Below, piece by piece: positions 21,074-28,209 of a DNA stretch of 64,000 nt. Source of the stretch: an uncultured Pseudomonadota bacterium. GTDB lineage: Bacteria; Pseudomonadota; Alphaproteobacteria; JACZXZ01. The translations under genes were made by a program, and so were the position numbers. Numbering within the stretch: the stretch's first letter is position 1; each line of letters starts with the position of its first letter. The stretch lies in assembly GCA_963749075.1 (NCBI GenBank), contig CAVVLJ010000016.1:800001-864000 (forward strand). The letters are read 5' to 3'. The notes under the pieces were generated by a model. The model made no database searches, had not been told where the DNA came from, and was given only the letters and a program-made list of their open reading frames with translations.

Positions 21074-21250
21074 GTGCGGCACAGGCGCTCCGACTTTCGA
21101 ATCCTGCTCGCGGCGGCTCTCGCCGCGGCGCTCTCTCTCGCCGGTCCGGCAAAGGCCGAGCTCCTCCATCTCGAGCAGAGCGTCATTGGCTTCGCAGGCG
21201 GCATCGGAGAGGTTACTCCCGGCCTGTCGTTGTCCTCGCCCCTTGACTGA
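21074..21250 (+). pseudogene. 58-codon ORF with signal peptide; small secreted protein or truncated remnant
   Basis: Own translation VRHRRSDFRILLAAALAAALSLAGPAKA-ELLHLEQSVIG...PLD*; GAGG 8 nt upstream; below the size of the shortest ORFs in the track. Confidence 0.45.
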
Positions 21251-21259
21251 CACGAGCGT

Positions 21260-21673
21260 CTAAAAGTCCCACGGGCAGATGAGCTGCAGACCCGACGTGG
21301 CGAAATCCGCCATGTTCCGCGTTGCGAGGCGCCCGCCGTTGATGCGTGCGATGGCGGCGATCATGCCGTCGGGCGCGGTCATGGGACGACCTTCCCGGAC
21401 CGCTGCGCTCATGATGTCGCCATAGGCCAAGGCGGCCGCCTCCGTGAAAGCGAAGATGCGGTCGGCAAAGCGGTGGCGCCAATCGGCCAGGCCCTGTTGC
21501 AACCTCGCGGCCCGCTGATCGGGATGGATTTTCTTGATGCCAAAGGCGATCTCGGCGATCGTCACGGTCGGCAAGGCCAACGCCGCATCGTTCTGTACGA
21601 GCCAGGCGATCACGGCGGCATCGGGCGATTTGCGCAGCGTCTCCGAGATCACGTTGGTGTCGAGGAAGATCAA
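21260..21673 (-). CDS. vapC: VapC PIN-domain toxin
   Basis: MIFLDTNVISE, TIAEI, DGMIAAIA, LATRNMADF. Confidence 0.93.
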   Translation of the reverse strand: MIFLDTNVISETLRKSPDAAVIAWLVQNDAALALPTVTIAEIAFGIKKIHPDQRAARLQQGLADWRHRFADRIFAFTEAAALAYGDIMSAAVREGRPMTAPDGMIAAIARINGGRLATRNMADFATSGLQLICPWDF

Positions 21674-21918
21674 AGCTCCGGCCCTGGATTGATCCTCCGG
21701 GCCTCGCGGATCGCAGCCTCCAGATCGATATCGCTGCCATGATCCTTCGACAGGCGCGCATAGAAGGCGCTCGCCGGCTCGCGCCCCGCTTCACGGACCT
21801 CATAGGCTTCGAGCGCGCGCTCGACGACATCCGCAATGGATCGGCGCTCACGGCGCGCGAGACGACGGGCAAGATCGCGCGCCTTGGCGCTTCGCACGGA
21901 GAGCTGCGGTTCGGCCAT
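21670..21918 (-). CDS. vapB: Antitoxin (VapB / plasmid-stabilisation type)
   Basis: MAEPQLSVRSAKARDLARRLARRERRSIADVVERAL; 4-nt overlap with vapC; RBS CAGGAG. Confidence 0.85.
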   Translation of the reverse strand: MAEPQLSVRSAKARDLARRLARRERRSIADVVERALEAYEVREAGREPASAFYARLSKDHGSDIDLEAAIREARRINPGPEL

Positions 21919-21949
21919 GCGGGACTCCTGCCCGGCTGCCACTTCAGAT

Positions 21950-22005
21950 ATTATATGGTCAAGCTGGCTGCTGATGGCAAGGTGGCTGAAAGATGCCATG
22001 CCATC
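21950..22005 (-). promoter_or_regulatory. Candidate TA promoter/operator
   Basis: Minus strand TTGCCA...CATATAAT; ATGGCA/TGCCAT inverted repeats overlap it. Confidence 0.4.
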
Positions 22006-22038
22006 GCGGTCCGCAGGCTGCTTCTAGAGCCGTCTCCC

Positions 22039-22602
22039 TCACGGCCTTGTCGGCGGCGCCTTGCTCCCCGGCCCGAGTGCCCGCTGCATGAAGACGCAGT
22101 CGACCCAGCGGCCTTGCTTGAAGCCGATGTCGGGGAGGCAGCCGACCTCCTTGAAGCCGAGTGCCGTATGGGCGCCGAGAGAGCCGGCGTTGGCCGAATC
22201 GCCGATCACCGCCACCATCTGGCGGTAGCCCAGCGCCGTGCAGCGCTCGATCAGCGCTGCGAGGAGCGCGCGCCCGATGCCTTGGCGCAGCACCGTGCGG
22301 TCGACGTAGACCGAGTCCTCGACGGCATAGCGGTAGGAGGCGCGGGTGCGGTAGGGGCTGGCATAGGCGAAGCCGAGGATGCGGCCTTGGCACTCCGCCA
22401 CGAGGTAGGGGAGGCCGCGCCTCGCCACTTCGGCGCGCCGGGCGAGCAGCTCCTCGACGCTGGGTGCCGTCTCCTCGAAAGAGGCGAAGCCATGCTCCAC
22501 GTGATAGCCGTAGATGCAGCAGACGGCGCCCATGTCGCGCTCCTTGGCGTCGCGCACGCGGATGGTGGACCGCCTCTCGGGGAGCGGGCTCGTCTGGCTC
22601 AT
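22039..22602 (-). CDS. GNAT N-acetyltransferase (phosphinothricin/MddA-like)
   Basis: ASFEE, GFAYASPYRTRASYRYAVEDSVYV, QGIGRALL, GFKQGRWVD. Confidence 0.9.
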   Translation of the reverse strand: MSQTSPLPERRSTIRVRDAKERDMGAVCCIYGYHVEHGFASFEETAPSVEELLARRAEVARRGLPYLVAECQGRILGFAYASPYRTRASYRYAVEDSVYVDRTVLRQGIGRALLAALIERCTALGYRQMVAVIGDSANAGSLGAHTALGFKEVGCLPDIGFKQGRWVDCVFMQRALGPGSKAPPTRP

Positions 22603-22611
22603 CTCGCTCCC

Positions 22612-23517
22612 TCAGTGGGCTTGGAAGAGTGCCGGCAGGCGCTCGCGCAAGTAGGCGGCGAGCGCGGTCATATGCGAGGCGATGCGCGCGAGCTCGGGGC
22701 CGCGCTCGATGGTCGCCTCGTTCATGTAGAGCGCGCGGTTGATCTCGATCTGAAGGGCGTGCACGCGCGCGTCCGGCGCTCCGTAATGGCGCGTGGTGAA
22801 GCCGCCGGCATAGGGATTGTTGCGCACGACCTGGTAGCCGCGATCCGCGAGGAAGCGCTCGACCAGGTCGGTGAGCGCCGTGGCGCAGGAGGTGCCGTGG
22901 CAATCGCCGAGCACGAAGTCGAAGCGGCGCCGGCCGGCGTCCTCGTCCATGGGCCCGCCGATCGACGGCATGGAGTGGCAGTCGATCAGGATGCCGTGGC
23001 CGAAGCGATCCTCGGTCGAGCGCAAGAGGTTCCTGAGCGCCGCGTGATAGGGCCGGTAGAGCCGGTTCACGCGCTCGAGCGCGTCGGCGAAACGCAGCTT
23101 GCCGCGATAGATCTCCTCGCCGTTGGCGACCACGCGCGCGATGGTGCCGAGCCCGGCGGCGATGCGCGGCGAGCGCGTGTTGGCGTAATCCGGCAGCGCC
23201 TCCTCGAACATGGCGGGATCGAGCTCGAAGGGCTCGCGGTTGGGATCGACGTAGGCGCGCGGGAAGAGCGCCTTCAAGAGCGGCGCCCCCTCCTCGGCCA
23301 CGCCGGCGAAGAGCTCGTCGACGAAGGAATCCTCCGATTTCCTGAGTGCTACGGGATCGAGGCGTGAGCGCGCCACGAACTCGGGCGGATAGCTGCTGCC
23401 GCTGTGCGGCGAGGCGAAGACCACCGGCATGGTCTGCGCCGCCGGCGCGTTCACCTGCCAGGCCACGCCAAGGCCGCCGAGCGATGCCGCGTAGCTGTCT
23501 CTGCTGAGGTCGTCCAT
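22612..23517 (-). CDS. N-formylglutamate amidohydrolase family protein
   Basis: ASPHSG, RAYVDPNRE, YRPYHAAL, DCHSMPS, NNPYAGGF, LQIEINRALY. Confidence 0.9.
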   Translation of the reverse strand: MDDLSRDSYAASLGGLGVAWQVNAPAAQTMPVVFASPHSGSSYPPEFVARSRLDPVALRKSEDSFVDELFAGVAEEGAPLLKALFPRAYVDPNREPFELDPAMFEEALPDYANTRSPRIAAGLGTIARVVANGEEIYRGKLRFADALERVNRLYRPYHAALRNLLRSTEDRFGHGILIDCHSMPSIGGPMDEDAGRRRFDFVLGDCHGTSCATALTDLVERFLADRGYQVVRNNPYAGGFTTRHYGAPDARVHALQIEINRALYMNEATIERGPELARIASHMTALAAYLRERLPALFQAH

Positions 23518-23623
23518 GGTCTCGCGATCGGGGTGACCAAATCTCCCGTCTCTGGTCTAGCCTATTCGCGCCCGCCTGTCACGACGGCAACTGGCCGTCA
23601 AGCCCGAGGGGCCGAGCGGAGGC

Positions 23624-23653
23624 TTGCCAAGGGACGGCCCTCGGCGATATAGG
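23624..23653 (+). promoter_or_regulatory. Candidate sigma70 promoter of tRNA-Val
   Basis: TTGCCA-N18-TATAGG followed by a GC-rich discriminator upstream of the tRNA. Confidence 0.5.
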
Positions 23654-23684
23654 ACTCGTTCCGGCGCCGCTTCGCATGCCGGCC

Positions 23685-23759
23685 GGGCGCGTAGCTCAGC
23701 GGTAGAGCACTACGGTGACATCGTAGGGGTCGCAAGTTCAATCCTTGCCGCGCCCACCA
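23685..23759 (+). tRNA. tRNA-Val(GAC)
   Basis: GGGCGCG/CGCGCCC acceptor stem, GCTC/GAGC D stem, CTACG-GTGACAT-CGTAG anticodon arm, GCAAG-TTCAATC-CTTGC T arm, encoded CCA. Confidence 0.97.
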
Positions 23760-25070
23760 CTTTCAGCATCGCGATATCGACGGGTTACTGAAAGTCCCGC
23801 CGCAGTTAAGTGCCTGCCTCCTGCCATGGCTGGCGGCCATCATGCCATAGGCACGCAGAGCGCTCCGCGTAGATGTTTCAATGAGGAGCTCAAACAGTCT
23901 TGAGCTAAAACTTCCCGGATTATTTGATGGCGTGGATAACCGATCGCGAGGTGCTAGAGCCGGTGTTGCGTTCAATGTGGTCGAAGTGTCCGGATAATTC
24001 GACGGTTTGAAATCCCAGCCGTTTCAGCATTTGCACAAGGCAGGTCTGATTCGTCAGCCACCAGCTTCGGCCGTCACCGTGCCGTATTGTGCCGCCAACA
24101 TACAGCATGAGCGGTTGGGATTGCTCAACGTCCGGAAAGACCTGCGAAATAATGAGCTTCTCTTTGCAGAGAGGAGCTATGGCGCTCAGTGCTTCCAAGG
24201 GGGAGAAGATGTGAAGCAGGATATCTCCCAGAAAAACAAGATCGAAGCGTGCGGAATTGAATTTGTCCAGGGTCAGATCGTAAATCGTGGAATAGCAGCG
24301 AGCAACCTTGGAGTGCAGCTGTTCGTGGCAGAATTTGAATGGCCCATCCAAATGGAGATATTGCAACTCCTCAATCGTATCCACTCCATGGAAATTCATC
24401 ATTTCTCTCAGCGTTGCGGCGCGATCTTCGCCCGGCGGCATATCCCAATCGGCAATGGATGGGAGCTCTACGCTGGTGACCGTGGCTCCACGTCTCTCGA
24501 ACTCAAAAGCAAAGAAGCCGGTTGCGGAGCCTACGTCGAGAACACGCATGCTGGACATATTCTCGGGGAAGTGAAAATGAGCGAGGTCGCTACGGAAATC
24601 TCGAACTCCCGGAGTGAGGATCCCATTCCCCACGTCGACAACGTGATACCAATAGAAACGATCCAGTCCCGGGATATTAAGACCGGCCGTCCGCTTCCGA
24701 AATTCTGCCACAGCCTGCTGATATTCATCGACGACCTGTCGGCGGGCCTCCCGCGACCTGCGACCAGAAAGCCTATTCTTCACACGCGGCCACAGCCCGG
24801 CGAAACCTTCATCGGCAATTATCTTCGCCACCCGTCGATGGAACATTTAGCCTGCACCCGGTTCGGTTGACACCCGCGCAAGGATTGTGAGGCGATATTG
24901 GCTTCAGCATCCCCCAATCGTTTCGCCAAAAGTATCCGCATATTCGCGGTTGTTGTATCGGAATTCGAGCTCGGCGACCCGATCACTCTAATGTCTTACC
25001 TTGCTTTTCGATACGGGTCCCGCAGGCCAGGTGAGCAAAGCACCGGGCGACCATACCCATGCGCCCACCA
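23760..25070. mobile_element. Small lower-GC islet at the tRNA-Val 3' end, no integrase
   Basis: Visibly AT-richer than the flanks; GCGCCCACCA occurs at 23750-23759 (tRNA end) and again at 25061-25070. Confidence 0.6.
23920..24846 (-). CDS. Class I SAM-dependent methyltransferase (DUF1698/CmoB-like)
   Basis: WYHVVDVGNGILTPG, RVLDVGSATGFFAFEFERRGA, FDLVFLGDILLH, WW; atypical codon usage. Confidence 0.85.
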   Translation of the reverse strand: MFHRRVAKIIADEGFAGLWPRVKNRLSGRRSREARRQVVDEYQQAVAEFRKRTAGLNIPGLDRFYWYHVVDVGNGILTPGVRDFRSDLAHFHFPENMSSMRVLDVGSATGFFAFEFERRGATVTSVELPSIADWDMPPGEDRAATLREMMNFHGVDTIEELQYLHLDGPFKFCHEQLHSKVARCYSTIYDLTLDKFNSARFDLVFLGDILLHIFSPLEALSAIAPLCKEKLIISQVFPDVEQSQPLMLYVGGTIRHGDGRSWWLTNQTCLVQMLKRLGFQTVELSGHFDHIERNTGSSTSRSVIHAIK

Positions 25071-25102
25071 GTCTCAGACTGCGTATCCCACCTTGCGCGA
25101 AG

Positions 25103-25894
25103 CTACCGCATCACCCCCATGAAGCGGCTGACCCCGATCGTGCGCTCGGCCGCGAAGACGAGCAGCAGCACCACGAGCACCTGCACCGTGGCCGCGGCGG
25201 CGACCGTCGGGTCGAACACCCATTGGATGTAGGAATAGATCTGCATCGGCAGCGTCACGGTCTGGGGATCCGAGAGGAAGAGGGCGAGCGGCAGGTTCTC
25301 GAAGGAGACGATGAAGGAGAACAGCACCGCCGCCACCATGCTGTTGGCGAGCATGGGGAGCGTCACCTGGCGGATCGCCTGGAGGCGCGTGGCGCCGAGG
25401 CTGACGGCCGCGTTCTCGGCGGCCATGTCCATGCCGGCGAGGCCGGCCGCCATCGTGCGCACCGCATACGGCAGCGTGATCACGGTATGGCCGAGGAGGA
25501 GGGCGGGGAAGGACGGCACGTCGAGGGCGGCGAAATACTCGAGGAAGCCCATGGCGATGACGAGCTGCGGCACCATGAGCGGTGTCAAGAGGAAATTGAG
25601 CAGCGCACCTCGCCCGCGGAAGCGGCCGCGCGTGAGCCCGAAGGCGGCAAAGCCGCCGAGGACGAGCGAGGCGAGGCACGAGAGCGTCGCCAGCGCCAGG
25701 CTCACGCCGAGTGCCGAGATGAGCTCTCCTCGCGCGAAGAACTTGGCGAACCAGCGCAAGGAGAGCGAGCTCGGCGGGAAGGCGAGAGAGGCTGTGCCCG
25801 AGAAAGCGAGCACCACCACCACGATCACCGGCGCCAGGATGTAGAGGTAGATCGCCGCATTGGCGAGCGCCAAGGGTGCCAGGTGCCGGCGCAT
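25103..25894 (-). CDS. PotC-like ABC permease
   Basis: FPP..LSLRWF, PLMVP, ENAAVSLGA, FIVSFE, TLPMQIY. Confidence 0.9.
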   Translation of the reverse strand: MRRHLAPLALANAAIYLYILAPVIVVVVLAFSGTASLAFPPSSLSLRWFAKFFARGELISALGVSLALATLSCLASLVLGGFAAFGLTRGRFRGRGALLNFLLTPLMVPQLVIAMGFLEYFAALDVPSFPALLLGHTVITLPYAVRTMAAGLAGMDMAAENAAVSLGATRLQAIRQVTLPMLANSMVAAVLFSFIVSFENLPLALFLSDPQTVTLPMQIYSYIQWVFDPTVAAAATVQVLVVLLLVFAAERTIGVSRFMGVMR

Positions 25895-25897
25895 CGC

Positions 25898-26770
25898 CTA
25901 GGCCGCCGCGAGGGCTCGGCCGCGCGCGCGGAGGGCGCGGTTGACCAGCGCCACGCTCACCAAGGTGAGCGCCAGCATGAGAATCGCCACCGCCGAGCCG
26001 AAGGGCAGGTTGCCGACCTCGCCCACCTGCTGATAGGCGAGCGTCGCGAGCACGAGGAAGCCCGGGCCGCCCACGATGCGCGGCACCACGAAGATGTTGA
26101 GCGCCAGGCTGAAGACGAGGGAGGCGCCGGCGGCCGCACCCGTGAGGCTCAAGGGCAGCGTCACGCGGAGGAAGGTGGCGAGCCGGCCGGCGCCGAGGCC
26201 GAGGGCTGCATGCTCGAGCGCCGGATCGATGCGCGAGAGTGCCGCCATCAGCGGCAGGATGAAGAAGGGGATCAGGACCTCGACCATGGCGGTCACCACG
26301 CCCGCGAAGTTGAAGAGCATGGCGAGCGGATGCTCGATGAGGCCCGCGGCGAGGAGTGCTCTGTTCACGATGCCGCGCTCGTCGAGGATGAGGAGCCAGC
26401 CGTAGCTCCGCACCACGCCACCGATGAGGAGCGGCGCCAGCACGAGGATGAGGAGAAAGGGGCGCCAGCGCCGCCCGGCGCGCACGATGCCGAGTGCGAC
26501 GGGATAGCCGAGGAGGACGGAGAGCGCCGTCGTGGCCAGCGCCACGAGGAGCGTGCGCAGGAGGATGCGCTGATAGAGAGGATCGCTCGCGAGGGCTAAG
26601 TACTGCGCAAGCGTCGCGCGGTGCACGATCTCGCCGCCGGCGTAGCCGAGCACGCTGTAGCCAGCGAGGAGGCCTAGCGGCACGAGGAAGAGCACCGCGG
26701 CGAAGGCGAGCGCCGGGCCGGCGAGACCGAGCATCGCGAGCTCGCCGGCCGCCGGCCGCCGCGGCGTCAT
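25898..26770 (-). CDS. PotB-like ABC permease
   Basis: LLGYPVA, VVRSYGW, IDPALEHAALGLGA, VTLPL. Confidence 0.9.
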   Translation of the reverse strand: MTPRRPAAGELAMLGLAGPALAFAAVLFLVPLGLLAGYSVLGYAGGEIVHRATLAQYLALASDPLYQRILLRTLLVALATTALSVLLGYPVALGIVRAGRRWRPFLLILVLAPLLIGGVVRSYGWLLILDERGIVNRALLAAGLIEHPLAMLFNFAGVVTAMVEVLIPFFILPLMAALSRIDPALEHAALGLGAGRLATFLRVTLPLSLTGAAAGASLVFSLALNIFVVPRIVGGPGFLVLATLAYQQVGEVGNLPFGSAVAILMLALTLVSVALVNRALRARGRALAAA

Positions 26771-26794
26771 GGCGCCACCGTCATGGCGCCACCG
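26765..26794. repeat. 14-bp tandem duplication across the potB-like start codon
   Basis: CGTCATGGCGCCAC x2 followed by CG. Confidence 0.8.
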
Positions 26795-26800
26795 GCGCGC

Positions 26801-27850
26801 TCAGCTCTCGATCATGCGGTTCCAGGCCTTGGTCCATTCGTCGAGCCGCGGCAGCACCTGGCTGTAGTCGACCTCGATCTCTTTGGCGCCCGGCGGGCGG
26901 GCGACGAGGGCAGCGGCCTCGGGCGTCGCGTATTTGAGCGCCTCCGGATGCGTCGGCGTGGTGGGGAAGAGGCCGGAGATGAAGCGGCCCTGAAGCTTGG
27001 GATCGGCGGTGAAACCGATGAAGGCCTCGCCCCACTCCTTGGCGCCGGCGCCCTTGACGATGCCGTTGCCGTAGGCGACCGCCACGTCGCCCGTCTCCGG
27101 CACCGCATATTCGAGGGGCTTGCCCTGGCGCTTCAGGATGAAGGCGCGCGAGCTCTGCCACATGGCGACATCGACCTCGCCGTCGCCGAGCAGCTTCATG
27201 CCCTCCTGGGAGGTCGAGATGAAGCGCGGATTGAGGCGGTCCTTGATCTCCTTGATGACCTTGAGCCCCGGCGCGATGTCCTGGTAGCCGCCGCCGTTGG
27301 CGAGTGCTATCGCCAGCACGATGTGCATGCCGAAGTGGTTGAAGTCGTCGATGAAGATGCGTCCCTTGTAGCGCTCGTCGACGAGGTCGCTCCAGTTGCG
27401 CGGCGGCTTGGCCACGCGCTCGCGGTTGTAGATGATGCCGATCGACAGCACGCTGTAGGCGAGCCAGGTCTCCTTGCGGTAGATGGGTGGGATCGGCGCG
27501 GCGTGGGGCACCTTCGCGTAGTCGATCGCCTCGAGCAGCCCGTCGCGCGTCGCCTCGAAGAGGTAGCGGTCCTGCAATTGGATGAGCTGGAACTTCGGCC
27601 GCTCGTGGAAGGTCTTGAGCTTGGCGAAGCGCTGCGGGTTCTCGCCGATGTCGTGGATGAGCTTGATGCCCGTCGCCGCGGTGAAGGGATCCTCGAACTG
27701 CTCCTTGACCCACTGGCCGTAGTCGCCGCCGTAAGTGCTGTAGACGAGGCTCTCGGGCTTGCTTTGCGCACGTGCGCGCGGGGCGAGCGCGAGCGTGGCG
27801 GCGCCCGAAGCGGTCGCGAGGAGCTGTCGCCGCGTCAAATTCCTGGCCAT
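26801..27850 (-). CDS. PotD-like extracellular solute-binding protein, Tat signal
   Basis: MARNLTRRQLL, YGGDY, PFTAATGI, IIYN, WSDL, W..AWN. Confidence 0.88.
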   Translation of the reverse strand: MARNLTRRQLLATASGAATLALAPRARAQSKPESLVYSTYGGDYGQWVKEQFEDPFTAATGIKLIHDIGENPQRFAKLKTFHERPKFQLIQLQDRYLFEATRDGLLEAIDYAKVPHAAPIPPIYRKETWLAYSVLSIGIIYNRERVAKPPRNWSDLVDERYKGRIFIDDFNHFGMHIVLAIALANGGGYQDIAPGLKVIKEIKDRLNPRFISTSQEGMKLLGDGEVDVAMWQSSRAFILKRQGKPLEYAVPETGDVAVAYGNGIVKGAGAKEWGEAFIGFTADPKLQGRFISGLFPTTPTHPEALKYATPEAAALVARPPGAKEIEVDYSQVLPRLDEWTKAWNRMIES

Positions 27851-28209
27851 GGTCGAGCGAACCCCTCGGTGTCGCGGATGCGTGCCGTGCGGCACTTGCC
27901 CGCGCATTCCAGCACCGCCGCCCGCGGCCTGGCAACGACTTTCGCGCAGCGCCGCTCCAAGGCAGCTGCCGCCTTCGGCAAGCGCTGCACGCGACGAGCT
28001 CTCCGCCGCGCCGCGCGGCCGTGAAAAAAATTCAAGTCGCGGCCCAAAAAAATATCGCTTTTCGTCGCGATGTCTCCGGTGCTCTTAATGCCGCGGCCAA
28101 AGCGGCGCGGGCTCTCCGGGCGGGACGCAAGCCCGCGGGTGCGGTCCCGCTTGCTGGAGCCGAGCGGCGGGATATATCGTTGTGCCCGCGCGAACGGGCG
28201 GGGAAGGCG

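Noticed and set aside
23685-24846. CmoB-like enzyme modifying the adjacent tRNA-Val
   Set aside because: The tRNA has G34 (GAC), not the U34 that CmoB acts on; adjacency is better explained by integration at the tRNA
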